Shown here one piece after another: positions 29,136-39,492 of a stretch of 64,000 bases of DNA. This DNA is from Candidatus Acetothermia bacterium (GTDB taxonomy: Bacteria; Bipolaricaulota; Bipolaricaulia; RBG-16-55-9): positions 8,432 through 72,431 of the forward strand of contig JACQCZ010000001.1 of assembly GCA_016201405.1 (NCBI GenBank), in the 5' to 3' direction. The position numbers were made by a program, and so were the translations under genes. Below the pieces are notes generated by a model, which saw nothing but the letters and a program-made list of their open reading frames with translations, did not search any database and was not told where the DNA came from. Every line of letters begins with the position of its first letter. Position 1 is the stretch's first letter.

Positions 29136-29200
29136 GATCTCCAACAGATTTCATCAAGAGACTCGATGCTGACTAGCTCAGGCTGGCGTGCCTGGCTAAT

Positions 29201-30337
29201 TTAAAGATCCTCTTCTTCGCGCCCCTTACCTCGCCGGCGGATGAAGGTGGGCACATCCCAATCGCCTAGGCTGTCGCGCTTTCTGGCTGTCGGTGGGGTT
29301 TTCTCTCGGGACGGATGCTTACCATTTAATTCTTCCTCGTCTTCAGGTTCGATTGCAATCGGCTCAAATTCATCGTATTCATGATCCTCATACTCTTTGA
29401 AGCCCGTCGCAATGAGCGTGATCTTGAGACGCTCGTATCCCTCTTTTACAGTTGCGCCAAAGAAGATGTCGGCATTCTCTGAGACGGCTTCACGGATGAG
29501 CTGGGCAGCTTCCGTCACTTCCTCAAGGGTCAGGTCATAGCCACCTGTAATACTCAAAATGACGCGCTGGGCTCCCTCGATCGAGCCTTCCAATAGTGGC
29601 GAAGTGATAGCCGCTCTGGCCGCCTCCCGTGTGCGACCTTCCCCTTCACCTTCGCCAATGCCCATCATGGCGGTGCCAGCTCCACGCATGGTAGCCTCAA
29701 TGTCAGCAAAGTCACGATTGATCAGTCCTGTAGTGGTAATTAAATCTGTAATTCCTTGCACACCCTGGCGAAGCACATCGTCTGCCAGCTCAAAGGCTTG
29801 CAACAGAGGTAGATCAGCTGGCGCAACTTTCAGAATGCGGTCATTGGGGATTGCAATCATCGTGTCCACATATTGACGCAACTCTTCGATGCCCTTTTTG
29901 GCCTTTTCAATGCGCTGCGGACCTTCAAATGAGAATGGCTTTGTCACGATACCCACCGAAAGAATCCCAAGCTCACGCGCCAGCCGCGCTACAACTGGGG
30001 CCCCACCTGTGCCTGTGCCGCCACCCATTCCGGTGGTGATAAAGACCATATCTACATCTTCTAGCACCGCACGAATATCGGATTCGGACTCCTCGGCAGC
30101 TTTGCGTCCAGTCTCAGGGTTGCCTCCTGCGCCCAAACCACCTGTCAGCTTCACACCAATCTGAAGGGTCTTGTGCGCTTCAACTACGCTGAGCACCTGT
30201 GCATCCGTGTTGAGCGCAACCAATTCGACATCTTTGATCTTGGCTTTGGCCATCCGGTTGACGGCATTGCAGCCGCCCCCTCCGATGCCAATGACGCGAA
30301 TCTTCGCCAACCCATTGCTGCGACGAACCCGTTCCAT
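29201..30337 (-). CDS. ftsZ: Cell division GTPase FtsZ.
   Basis: GIGGGGCNAVNRM and tubulin signature GGGTGTGGAP. C-terminal peptide DWDVPTFIRRR. Confidence 0.95.
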   Translation of the reverse strand: MERVRRSNGLAKIRVIGIGGGGCNAVNRMAKAKIKDVELVALNTDAQVLSVVEAHKTLQIGVKLTGGLGAGGNPETGRKAAEESESDIRAVLEDVDMVFITTGMGGGTGTGGAPVVARLARELGILSVGIVTKPFSFEGPQRIEKAKKGIEELRQYVDTMIAIPNDRILKVAPADLPLLQAFELADDVLRQGVQGITDLITTTGLINRDFADIEATMRGAGTAMMGIGEGEGEGRTREAARAAITSPLLEGSIEGAQRVILSITGGYDLTLEEVTEAAQLIREAVSENADIFFGATVKEGYERLKITLIATGFKEYEDHEYDEFEPIAIEPEDEEELNGKHPSREKTPPTARKRDSLGDWDVPTFIRRRGKGREEEDL

Positions 30338-30349
30338 GGTAACCCCTCT

Positions 30350-31651
30350 TTAGCGAGTTGTGCTTCGCCCGCGGAAGACTTGATTGAGCCAGCTCAGAAC
30401 CTTGGTCAAGATCGAACTCTCGTGATGGCCATTTCCGGCTGCCCACCATCTCCTGGCATCGCCGTCCGACAGGCGGTGCTCGCCATACCGAAAGTCGTAC
30501 TCCTTGGATTCGAGAGCGTACTTGAGCAATCCAATGACTGTGGCGTAGACGGGACTCTCTACAATATCGCGCAGCCCGTGTATTCCTTGTGGAGTCTTAC
30601 CACGCCGCACCGCGATGTTGTAGCGATCCTGGACAAACTCCGGCATCCCCTTCAGCATTGCCGTCCCACCGGTAAGCACAACACCGGCCGGAACCAAGTC
30701 GCGATAACCAGCATCCTCAATCTCGCCCATCGCCAGATCGAAGAGCTCTTCGAGACGAGGCTCGATGATGCGAGAGAGCTTGCGTTTGTTGACGCTCTTC
30801 TTCTCGCCATTGATTGTGGTGATCTCAAACCTCTCTTCACCGCTCACCTCGTCAACGCGTGGCAGACCTTCGGCTCGCTTAATGCGCTCAGCCTCCTGAT
30901 ACTCAACTTTGAGCCCAACGGTGATGTCATGAGTGAGGTGCTCACCTGCGATCGGGATGATCTTCGAAAACCAAATATCTCCGCGCCGGAAGATGGCAAT
31001 GTCAGTCGTGCCACCCCCAATGTCCATCAGGACGACACCCAGCTCTTTCTCAGCTTCTGTGAGCACAGCATAGCTGGAAGCAAGGGGCTGAAGCACGATC
31101 TTTTCGCACTCAATGCCCAGATTATTGACGCAGCGCAAAATATTATGTACCGCCGTGATTGAGCCGGAGACGATGTGAACATCCACTTCAAGACGCGTCC
31201 CCGTCATGCCGACAGGATCTGTGATGCCCTCTTGCCCATCGACAATATATTGCCGAGGGATGACGTGGATGAGCTCGGCATCGGGTGTGAGCTGAATCGC
31301 TTGCGCCGTCTCAATAACCCGGCGAACGTCGTCTACAGAGATCGTTCGATTATCACGAGAAATGCTGACGGTTCCGGAATTATTAATAGAGTTGATATGC
31401 TTCCCAGCAATGCCAGCATAGACCTTCTCAATACGCACATCGGCCATATTCTCGGCCTCTTCAATGCTGCGCTTGATGGAGGCCGTCGTCTCGCCAATAT
31501 CCACGACGACACCCTTCTCAAGGCCATGAGAAGAGGCCTTTCCCATGCCGATAATCTCAATCGTGCCGTTATTAATGTTGCCAACGAGGGTTACTACTTT
31601 TGTCGTCCCAATGTCAAGACCGACGACGAGTCCCCCACTTCCTCTCACCAT
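30350..31651 (-). CDS. ftsA: Cell division protein FtsA.
   Basis: VVGLDIGTTKVVTLVG actin-like ATPase N-terminus. 433 aa. Immediately upstream of ftsZ. Confidence 0.92.
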   Translation of the reverse strand: MVRGSGGLVVGLDIGTTKVVTLVGNINNGTIEIIGMGKASSHGLEKGVVVDIGETTASIKRSIEEAENMADVRIEKVYAGIAGKHINSINNSGTVSISRDNRTISVDDVRRVIETAQAIQLTPDAELIHVIPRQYIVDGQEGITDPVGMTGTRLEVDVHIVSGSITAVHNILRCVNNLGIECEKIVLQPLASSYAVLTEAEKELGVVLMDIGGGTTDIAIFRRGDIWFSKIIPIAGEHLTHDITVGLKVEYQEAERIKRAEGLPRVDEVSGEERFEITTINGEKKSVNKRKLSRIIEPRLEELFDLAMGEIEDAGYRDLVPAGVVLTGGTAMLKGMPEFVQDRYNIAVRRGKTPQGIHGLRDIVESPVYATVIGLLKYALESKEYDFRYGEHRLSDGDARRWWAAGNGHHESSILTKVLSWLNQVFRGRSTTR

Positions 31652-31718
31652 ATTCTCATCCCTCTCACCACCTGGACGGGGTGTTAAAGTGTATAATGGA
31701 TCAGACCATTGCCAATTG

Positions 31719-32438
31719 TCAAGTGTGGCCGTAGCGCCTGAGTGTCACCTCACCCTCAAAGCGCAGATCCAACAGAGTCCATGCAGAAACTCCCTCATCC
31801 TGCAGCTTCTGGCGTATCACGTCCAACCGCTCCAGTTGGCGTTTTAGTCCTGCCACTGGAACGAGAGCCTTCCAGCCCTCACGTGCGGTCAGCTCCAACG
31901 CATCCCCCACCACAGAGGCTGCTTGAAAGCGGCTGAGAATCTCTCCTGGAAGTCCAAAGAATTCGTGAATCGCCTCTCTCCCCACCGAAGAGAGGGCGCG
32001 CACACCCACGGAGATCTCTTTTGCATCTACACCAGACAGAATCAGGGAATACAATTCGCCATCGGCAGGCTTTAGGAGAATGCCATCTTCATCCACCCAG
32101 AATTTTGTGTGATCCGTTAAAGCAACAATTCCAATCGGCTCGCGCTCATTCACTTCGAGACGAACTCGGACACCTCGCAACGAGACACGTCTCTTGGAAA
32201 TAGAAATATCCTTGACCCCAGAAAGGCCAAGAATCGCTTGCATTGCGCTCTTCTGTTGGGTGGCACTCCATGGCTGCCCTACGTGGAAACCACTGAGTGC
32301 CTGGATCTCGGCAGTTCCGATCCTCCCACCACCTTCAATTGCAATCCCCTCAATGATCGGAGATCCAGTTCCAAATAAAACTCCTCCTGTAGCAATGATC
32401 GCTCCTACAACTGCTACTAGGAGAAATTTTCCTCTCAC
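31719..32438 (-). CDS. ftsQ: Cell division protein FtsQ/DivIB (POTRA domain).
   Basis: N-terminal TM helix. IEGIAIEGGGRIGTAEIQALSGFHVGQPW POTRA region. Position between murB and ftsA. Confidence 0.8.
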   Translation of the reverse strand: MRGKFLLVAVVGAIIATGGVLFGTGSPIIEGIAIEGGGRIGTAEIQALSGFHVGQPWSATQQKSAMQAILGLSGVKDISISKRRVSLRGVRVRLEVNEREPIGIVALTDHTKFWVDEDGILLKPADGELYSLILSGVDAKEISVGVRALSSVGREAIHEFFGLPGEILSRFQAASVVGDALELTAREGWKALVPVAGLKRQLERLDVIRQKLQDEGVSAWTLLDLRFEGEVTLRRYGHT

Positions 32439-33355
32439 CGGAGGTTTGCGTTTGAAACCACTGCTACCTCTAGCTGCAGTTCCACGCTGAATTCTTTATA
32501 CACCCTCTCTTTGGCAAAGTCAATAAGTTGCAAAATATCCTGTGCAGATGCCTCTCCTGTATTGACAATAAAATTGGCGTGAAGAGGGGAGATCATGGCT
32601 CCACCACATTTGAGCCCTTTGAGTCCGGATAAATCAATGAGCTTACCCGCACCAGGGCCATTCGGTGGATTCTTGAAGATGCAGCCTGCACTCGGAGACT
32701 GAATCGGCTGGCGATCACGGCGGCGCTGCAGAAGCGCCTCAGAATCAAATCTTCTCTCACCGCCCAGTTGAAATTCAGCTCCGACAATGATCCAGTCCCG
32801 TTTCTGAAAGATGCTGCGGCGGTAGCTATAATCACACTCTTCTTGATTTAATCGAAGTAATACCCCGTCTTTTGCTAGAACAGTGACGTGCCGCACTCTC
32901 TCTGAGATTGAAAATTCAGGAATGCCGGCATTCATAGCCAGTGCACCACCCATGGAAGCGGGAATGCCGACCAGCCCGTCAAAATCATAAAATCCCTTGA
33001 CTCGCAGATAGCCCATGGCGGCTCCCAAGCTTGCTCCCGCTTGTGCAGTGAGCCGATCTTCATCGATTCGTATCGTGCCAAAATTTCGTGTCAATTGAAT
33101 GACAACTCCGCGGAAGCCTGCATCTGGGAAGAGTGAGTTTGTCCCGTTTCCCAGCACAATCCTTGAAAGGCCCTGCGCCTCCGCAAAAGCAAGAACGTCG
33201 CGCAGCTCATCGAGCGAGCGGGGCGAAGCAAAGTAATCCGCAGGGCCGCCCACTTTAAACGAAGTATGCTGGCTAAGTGCCACATCTCTGCGAATGACCT
33301 CTTGCAACGAAGTCTTGGAGATAGGTTTCGTGAATTGTTGCGTGAGCGTGATCAT
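32435..33355 (-). CDS. murB: UDP-N-acetylenolpyruvoylglucosamine reductase (MurB).
   Basis: FAD-binding TSFKVGGPADYF. 306 aa. dcw context. Confidence 0.88.
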   Translation of the reverse strand: MITLTQQFTKPISKTSLQEVIRRDVALSQHTSFKVGGPADYFASPRSLDELRDVLAFAEAQGLSRIVLGNGTNSLFPDAGFRGVVIQLTRNFGTIRIDEDRLTAQAGASLGAAMGYLRVKGFYDFDGLVGIPASMGGALAMNAGIPEFSISERVRHVTVLAKDGVLLRLNQEECDYSYRRSIFQKRDWIIVGAEFQLGGERRFDSEALLQRRRDRQPIQSPSAGCIFKNPPNGPGAGKLIDLSGLKGLKCGGAMISPLHANFIVNTGEASAQDILQLIDFAKERVYKEFSVELQLEVAVVSNANLR

Positions 33356-33364
33356 GATCTGCTT

Positions 33365-34726
33365 CTACTCGGCATGTCCGTTCTCGCGTACCAGGCGATG
33401 AAGGACCTGCCAGATGTCACCTGCCCCAAAACCGATGATGAAGTCTCCGGCATTTGCTTCGCTCTTCAAAAATGAATAGGTCTCTTCGAGCGATCCGGCA
33501 TAGTGGACATTCTGGTGATTGCCTCGCATCAGCCTCGCAACCTTCTCGGCATGGACACCAGCAATGGGTCGCTCAAATGCCGGATAGATATCTGAGATCA
33601 AGACGAGATCAGCACTGGAAAGGGCGCGTGCAAACTGCTCGGTCATATAGCTCATTCGCGTATAGCGGTGAGGCTGGAAGACGGCGATGACACGCTTCGG
33701 CGCCCATCCTTGCCGGATGGCTTCGAGATTGAGCTCGACTTGCTCGGGCAGGTGAGCATAATCATCCACCACAACCAGCCCGTTGTCTTCAAGAATCTGG
33801 AAGCGCCGGCTGGGCAGAGAAAAACTCTTGAGAATATTCATGGATTTTCTAAAATCAATGCCTGCCATATGCGCAGCGAGCATCGCAGTCAGGGCATTCA
33901 TAATGTTGTGACGCCCAGGAGCTGGAAGATGGATCTCTCCAAGCGAAGCCCCTTGAAATACGAGATCCGCTCGCGTATTCATTTGATCTTGTCTGATGTT
34001 CTTTGCCATCAGATCAGCCTGATTTTTCAACCCAAAGCTCAGTGATTGGCGAGCAGATGAGGCAAGCAGTTCGTAATGGGGGTCATCGGCAAAGAGCACT
34101 GCACGGCGACTCTGTTTGATGAATGTTTTGAATCCTTCTAAGAGAGCCTCGGATGAGCCATAGTGATTGAGATGATCCTCTCCCACATTGGTGATGACCG
34201 CGATGTCGGAGTGAAGATGGACAAAATGGCCGTCACTTTCATCCACTTCCGAGACGAGCCATCTCCCTTTGCCGGAGCGGGCATAATGTCCAAGTGAATT
34301 GGAGCTTGCCCCCACCAAAAATGTCGGATCATAGCCAGCGCGCCGCAGCAGGAGCGAGATCATGGAGCTCGTCGTCGTCTTGCCATGCGTTCCGGCAATG
34401 CCAATACTGGAATGGCTGTTGTAGATCATCGCGAGCAGTTGCTGGCGATGGAGAATATTTAAGTTGAGCTCTCGCGCCATCTTGAGCTCCACATTCTCGG
34501 ATTCGATTGCCGAGGAGTAGATGACAGCCTCCGAGTCACGAAGATATGCGGCATCGTGTCCGTGATGAACTGAAATCCCGGCAGCGCGGAGCTCTCTGGT
34601 CCGCGCCGTCTCTCTACAATCCGAACCGCTGACGGAATGCCCTTGCTCGTGTAAGATCCACGCCAAGGCGCTCATTCCATCGCCGCCAATTCCGATAAAG
34701 TGATATGGTCTCTCTCTGGTTGCCAT
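33365..34726 (-). CDS. murC: UDP-N-acetylmuramate--L-alanine ligase (MurC).
   Basis: HFIGIGGDGMSALAWIL N-terminal Rossmann motif. GTHGKTTTSSM P-loop. 453 aa. Confidence 0.9.
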   Translation of the reverse strand: MATRERPYHFIGIGGDGMSALAWILHEQGHSVSGSDCRETARTRELRAAGISVHHGHDAAYLRDSEAVIYSSAIESENVELKMARELNLNILHRQQLLAMIYNSHSSIGIAGTHGKTTTSSMISLLLRRAGYDPTFLVGASSNSLGHYARSGKGRWLVSEVDESDGHFVHLHSDIAVITNVGEDHLNHYGSSEALLEGFKTFIKQSRRAVLFADDPHYELLASSARQSLSFGLKNQADLMAKNIRQDQMNTRADLVFQGASLGEIHLPAPGRHNIMNALTAMLAAHMAGIDFRKSMNILKSFSLPSRRFQILEDNGLVVVDDYAHLPEQVELNLEAIRQGWAPKRVIAVFQPHRYTRMSYMTEQFARALSSADLVLISDIYPAFERPIAGVHAEKVARLMRGNHQNVHYAGSLEETYSFLKSEANAGDFIIGFGAGDIWQVLHRLVRENGHAE

Positions 34727-35825
34727 GTTCGAGATGAAGAATGACCTCCCTCAGCACCTGTTCCGTTGCGTCTGGCACAGCTAACGTTGCACAGCGATTT
34801 CGTAGACTTGTCAATCTTGTTGAGTCCCCCAAAAGCTTCAGCACTTCTTTCACTAATCGATCTTCTTGGCATTCACTCTCTCGCAGCAGATGACATGCCC
34901 CGCGCTCGGAGAGCCATGCGGCATTCTCTTCTTGGTGATTGTGAGCAGCGCCTGGCCAGGGAATCACGATGGCCGGAACGCCGAGTGTCGTCATCTCGGC
35001 CAGAGTTGCTCCGCCTGCTCGGCAGACCATGAGATCGGCCGCTTTCATCCACTGCCCCACTTCATGCGTGTGTCCCAAAACGCGAATTGAATCTGAATTG
35101 CGTTGGCGCGTTAGGCTCTGCAAACGCACAGCATCCCGCCCAGCCAGAATGACGAGCTGCACGCCACATTCTTGAAGTTCTGAAGAACCACTCAAGAGCT
35201 GGTCGTGAATGCACTGGGCTCCGTGTGTGCCCCCCGTCACCAGGACGACGGGCCGATTGGGATCGAGCTTCAAATATTCGCGTGCGCTCGTTTGATCAAG
35301 TTTTTCGCGAAGCGCTGTGATGGAAGAACGAAGCGGCAGACCCGTATGGACGGCGCGCTTGGCTCGAATCTCGTTGGCAGTCTCTGGAAAGCTAACGAGC
35401 ACGCTGTCCACCAGAGGGGCCAGTAATGTATTGACCAGTCCGGGAATGCGATTCTGCTCATGGATTAAAGTTGGGATTCCAAGCAGCGTTCCCCAGAGGA
35501 GGGGTCCGAAGGAGACGTAGCCTCCTGTGCCGACAATCACATGCGGATCAAAGTGAGCGATAATATTTAATGAGAGACTGAGCCCCTTTAGGTTTGACCA
35601 GGCTTCTCTGATGGTTTTGGATGTGAGTTTACGCTCGACACCCGAGGCTTCAATCTCAAAAAATTCAATCCCAGACTCATGTCGTACGATCCGAGACTCA
35701 ATTCCCTTAGCCGTTCCGACATAACCAATGCGAATCTTTTCCTGGCTCCGGCGAAGCTCTTCGATCAAAGCGAGCGCGGGGTAGACGTGTCCGCCCGTTC
35801 CTCCACCAGCAATCAGAATATTCAC
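34614..35825 (-). CDS. murG: UDP-N-acetylglucosamine--N-acetylmuramyl-(pentapeptide) pyrophosphoryl-undecaprenol N-acetylglucosamine transferase (MurG). The 3' end overlaps murC by 113 nt.
   Basis: MNILIAGGGTGGHVYPALALIEEL. 403 aa. The last about 35 aa lie beyond the usual MurG end and overlap the murC 5' region. Confidence 0.85.
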   Translation of the reverse strand: MNILIAGGGTGGHVYPALALIEELRRSQEKIRIGYVGTAKGIESRIVRHESGIEFFEIEASGVERKLTSKTIREAWSNLKGLSLSLNIIAHFDPHVIVGTGGYVSFGPLLWGTLLGIPTLIHEQNRIPGLVNTLLAPLVDSVLVSFPETANEIRAKRAVHTGLPLRSSITALREKLDQTSAREYLKLDPNRPVVLVTGGTHGAQCIHDQLLSGSSELQECGVQLVILAGRDAVRLQSLTRQRNSDSIRVLGHTHEVGQWMKAADLMVCRAGGATLAEMTTLGVPAIVIPWPGAAHNHQEENAAWLSERGACHLLRESECQEDRLVKEVLKLLGDSTRLTSLRNRCATLAVPDATEQVLREVILHLEHGNQRETISLYRNWRRWNERLGVDLTRARAFRQRFGL

Positions 35826-37006
35826 AGTAGCCTTGCTCCTTTGGCTCGAGCAGCCTGAGTCGATCGCGAGATGTTGAGCAGAATCCCGATCATGGCGAGC
35901 GAGATGATGAGGGATGTGCCTCCATAGCTCACCAAAGGCAATGTCAGACCTGTGACCGGAAGGACACCGGTCGTCACACCAAAGTTGATGGCGGCCTGAA
36001 AGGTGATCGAGAATGTGATTCCGGCTGCCAGAAAGAAACCAAAGCGGTCAGGAGCATCGAGCGCGATCTGAAGCCCACGCCAAGCAAAAATAATAAATAA
36101 GGACAGAATGAGTAGAAGTCCGATCAGACCCAGCTCCTCACCAACCACGGAAAGAATAAAGTCGTTGTACGCCGATGGAAGATAGAGCCACTTCTCACGG
36201 CTCGCTCCTAACCCGCGCCCTAAGAGTCCTCCGGAGCCAAGGGCCGTGAGAGACTGAATCAAGTGATATCCCCGTCCGTCAGGATCTGAAAATGGATTCA
36301 AGAAAGTCAGCAGCCGGTCACGGCGGTACTCTGACGTCATAATCAATGCAAAAAAGACGGGAATGCAGGGCAGAGTGGGCGCCGCGAGATGAATGAGACG
36401 TGCCCCACCAATAATCAGCATGAAGGCTAGCAATGCGCCATATTCGATGACCATAGCGAAGTCGGGCTGTGCAATTGCAAGCACTGCAAGGACCCCAAAC
36501 AAAACAAAAAATGGAACGATCCCATGCATGAAATCTCGAATCTCGCCGCTTTCGGACTTTCGCACCAGTGAGGCCGCCAGAAAGATGAGCAGGGCAAACT
36601 TGGCAAACTCAGTCGGCTGGAATGAGAAGCCGCCGAGGCGGAGCCAGAGCCCTCCGGGCGCGAGAGCCGGAATGAGGGTGAGAAATGTGACCGATATTGC
36701 AACAATCATCAAGATGCCGTCGTAGGCAAAGAGCTTCCGATAATCGAGTCGTGAAAAGAGAAAAAGAAGAACAAGCCCAACAATCGCTGCAATAAGCTGC
36801 TTGACAAAAAGCTGTTCAGGATGCTGATAAGTTGCGTAAGCGGCTGGCGCACTGGATGAGGCCACCATCACCAGGCCAAAGAGCGTGAGAGCGAGCGAGA
36901 CGGCTAGAAGAGTAAAATCTGGACTTTGCGTTGTGGCTCCGGCTCCAGAGAACGGGCGCATCTGCGTCCTCGCGACCCGGTGAAGCCCGGGATTGAGTAC
37001 CCCCAC
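35822..37006 (-). CDS. ftsW: SEDS-family peptidoglycan glycosyltransferase FtsW.
   Basis: Polytopic. FtsW/RodA signature regions. Positioned between murD and murG. Confidence 0.85.
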   Translation of the reverse strand: MGVLNPGLHRVARTQMRPFSGAGATTQSPDFTLLAVSLALTLFGLVMVASSSAPAAYATYQHPEQLFVKQLIAAIVGLVLLFLFSRLDYRKLFAYDGILMIVAISVTFLTLIPALAPGGLWLRLGGFSFQPTEFAKFALLIFLAASLVRKSESGEIRDFMHGIVPFFVLFGVLAVLAIAQPDFAMVIEYGALLAFMLIIGGARLIHLAAPTLPCIPVFFALIMTSEYRRDRLLTFLNPFSDPDGRGYHLIQSLTALGSGGLLGRGLGASREKWLYLPSAYNDFILSVVGEELGLIGLLLILSLFIIFAWRGLQIALDAPDRFGFFLAAGITFSITFQAAINFGVTTGVLPVTGLTLPLVSYGGTSLIISLAMIGILLNISRSTQAARAKGARLL

Positions 37007-37107
37007 AACACACCTCCCCTTCGTAGCCCCTAAGGTGAACCTTCAGGATGCTTCAGTTGCGTATCCGAAGTTGTACCGGGAAGCCGAACGAAGAAGAAGG
37101 ACCCCTG

Positions 37108-38430
37108 CTAAAGACTGGCAGCCTCTTGATCACTCGCTTGAGTGATGGTTGTCTTGGTGAAGTGATTCTGGATAAGGGCTTTGAAATAGTCACCGCGCTC
37201 CTCATAATTTCTGAACTGATCGAAGCTCGGCGATCCGGGTGAGAAGAGGCAGACTCTTGGCCTCAAGTTGAGTGAGATCTCAACGGCCTGCGACAGGTTG
37301 CGCACAGACTGATAGCGCGCGAAATCAATTTTATTGAATAGACGCGCAAAACGCTCCTGCGTCTCGCCGACCAGCAGGACACACTCGATTCTCCGGCGCG
37401 AGATCAATTGCACCAGCTCGAGCGGATCACCTTCGCTGTCATGGCCGCCCAAAATGAGAACCAGAGGCTTTTCACGAAATGTCTCAAGCGCCGCCTGCGT
37501 CGCCTCAGGACTCGTCGCCTTGGAGTCATTGTAGAAGCGCACGCCATTGAGCTCTGCCACATACTCAATGCGATGCGGCAACTGAAAGGCTCGTTTGAGG
37601 TCTAGTTTTTGGAGTGAAATGGCAAGATCAATCTGCTGGACAGCTTTGAGAGCCCCGGCCAGATTCTCACGCTGATGGCGCGCAAGATGAATACTCTTAA
37701 GCTGAATATCTTGAGCTGAGAATGAGATAACTTTTGAGCGCACATCATCCGGTAAAGGAATTCCGTTGTGGATGACCGCAAAATCAGTCTGCGTCTGGTT
37801 TTTGAAGAGATCACACTTCAATCGAAAATACTCTTGCATTGAGTTATGACGTCCCAAATGATGAGCTGCAAAACGCGTAAAGACCCCAACATGAGGTTTG
37901 AAACTCGCAATCTGCTCCAATTGATAACTGCTCACTTCAAGCACAACAATCGTTTCAGAATTGATTTCATCGAGAGAGTCAATGAAGGGCCTGCCAATAT
38001 TCCCGGCAGTGACTACGTCGTAGCCGTGAGCTTTGAGGAGCTCTGAAATGAGGTGAGTCGTTGTCGTCTTCCCGACTGTGCCTGTGACAGCAATGATCTT
38101 ATCGCTAGCGCAGTGCTGGTAGGCGACTTCGATCTCGGCCAGAACGGGAATGCTTTTAGCCCGAGCTTCTTGCAATATAAATACATTGGCTGAGATTCCA
38201 GGAGATGGAATGATTAAATCTGCTTGCAAAACTTGCTCCGAGTGCTGGCCCTCTTCCCAATCCACTTCCCACTGACTCCACTCCGCTTTGAGAACATTCG
38301 AGATATGCGAGGAGTCACTCACAAAGACCCTGGCTTTCTGATGAACAAGAAAGCGAACGAGCGCCTGCCCGGTTCGGCCTGCACCGAGCACACTGACTCG
38401 CTGGCCTGAAAGCGATAGACTCTCTTGCAC
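37108..38430 (-). CDS. murD: UDP-N-acetylmuramoylalanine--D-glutamate ligase (MurD).
   Basis: VSVLGAGRTGQAL N-terminus. VTGTVGKTTTTHLISELL P-loop. 440 aa. Confidence 0.9.
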   Translation of the reverse strand: MQESLSLSGQRVSVLGAGRTGQALVRFLVHQKARVFVSDSSHISNVLKAEWSQWEVDWEEGQHSEQVLQADLIIPSPGISANVFILQEARAKSIPVLAEIEVAYQHCASDKIIAVTGTVGKTTTTHLISELLKAHGYDVVTAGNIGRPFIDSLDEINSETIVVLEVSSYQLEQIASFKPHVGVFTRFAAHHLGRHNSMQEYFRLKCDLFKNQTQTDFAVIHNGIPLPDDVRSKVISFSAQDIQLKSIHLARHQRENLAGALKAVQQIDLAISLQKLDLKRAFQLPHRIEYVAELNGVRFYNDSKATSPEATQAALETFREKPLVLILGGHDSEGDPLELVQLISRRRIECVLLVGETQERFARLFNKIDFARYQSVRNLSQAVEISLNLRPRVCLFSPGSPSFDQFRNYEERGDYFKALIQNHFTKTTITQASDQEAASL

Positions 38431-38571
38431 GATTGCGAGATTGTAAAGGGATAATTCGATGAATCAGAAGGACAGAGGTCAGGTAGAAAGCTCTCAACAG
38501 GAAGGCGTTTAATTTATGACGTCAACTCTGATTGTTTTGGCGCTGCCTTGCACCACGTCTGACTGAGCTGA

Positions 38572-39492
38572 TTAAGAATTGCCAAGCTCTCGAGATGCCA
38601 GCTCGATTTGCTCTTCCAGTACTTGACTGCTTTCAAATTTCTCGAGCTGCAGAAAATAACTCGCCGCTTGAAGGAGCGCCTCGCGCGGAACTAACCCCAC
38701 AATCTCGCTCCCGATCACTGGAACACCGTAGCGCTCTGCCTCTCGCTGAATCATAGTAAAGACCCTAAACAACGGGGTCTTCCGGAAATGGGTCATGTTC
38801 ATTGAGACCTGGACGATGCCCCGCTCCTCAATCTTGAAGCCGAGAGCTTTGACATAGCGCAGCCCGCCGCTCATGTGTCGAACGGCCTTGGCAATCTCTT
38901 GAGCAATCTCAAGTTTATCGGTGCCAAGGTTGACATTGAAAGCAATCAGCGGCATCCGGGCACCCACAGCAACGACTCCGGCGGATGGATGAATAGTTCG
39001 CTCTCCAAAATCGGGTGCCCACTCGGGCATTTTGATCTTTTCAGAAAAGCCTTCAAATTGCCCTTTACGAATCTCCGCCAGATTCTCACGGCTTGGAGTG
39101 GTGGCCGATGCTTCATAAAGATAGACAGGAATTTTGAGTTGCTTCCAAATCTTCTCGCCAACACGTTTAGACAGATCTATACATTCTTCCATGGTTGAGT
39201 TTTTGATCGGCACAAAGGGTACGACGTCCACAGCTCCCATACGTGGATGCTCTCCAGTATGCTTTCGGAGATCAATCTGCTGAGCAGCTTCTGCTACGAG
39301 CGCCAGAATGGCTCTTTCTACACCTTCAGGCTCGCCTGCAAACGTCATCACCGTACGGTTGTGGTCAGGGTCCGAATCAACGTCGAGCAGAAGTACACCT
39401 GGAAATTGCTTCACCGCAGAGGCAATCATGTCAATCTTGACTTGATCGCGCCCCTCGCTGATATTGGGGATGCATTCAATGATCTTATTCAT
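38572..39492 (-). CDS. ftcD: Glutamate formimidoyltransferase (FtcD N-domain family).
   Basis: IIECIPNISEGRDQVKIDMIASAV...LLLDVDSDPDHNRTVMTFAG matches the formiminotransferase N-terminus (VECVPNFSEG...LLDVDAGPSTNRTVYTFVG). 306 aa. Confidence 0.8.
   Translation of the reverse strand: MNKIIECIPNISEGRDQVKIDMIASAVKQFPGVLLLDVDSDPDHNRTVMTFAGEPEGVERAILALVAEAAQQIDLRKHTGEHPRMGAVDVVPFVPIKNSTMEECIDLSKRVGEKIWKQLKIPVYLYEASATTPSRENLAEIRKGQFEGFSEKIKMPEWAPDFGERTIHPSAGVVAVGARMPLIAFNVNLGTDKLEIAQEIAKAVRHMSGGLRYVKALGFKIEERGIVQVSMNMTHFRKTPLFRVFTMIQREAERYGVPVIGSEIVGLVPREALLQAASYFLQLEKFESSQVLEEQIELASRELGNS

Noticed and set aside
29136-29200. Possible terminator between convergent dnaN and ftsZ.
   Set aside because: Only 4-bp complementary segments were found. 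There is no convincing stem or U-tract.
30173-31162. 329-aa ORF antisense to ftsZ/ftsA.
   Set aside because: Same reasoning: it sits within the ftsZ 5' end and ftsA, with no independent signals. It is a frame artefact of codon bias.
31652-31718. TATAAT (plus strand) and TTGACA-like hexamers near the ftsA start, considered as an ftsA/ftsZ internal promoter.
   Set aside because: The hexamers are on the wrong strand or at non-canonical spacing (14 or 21 nt) relative to the minus-strand genes.
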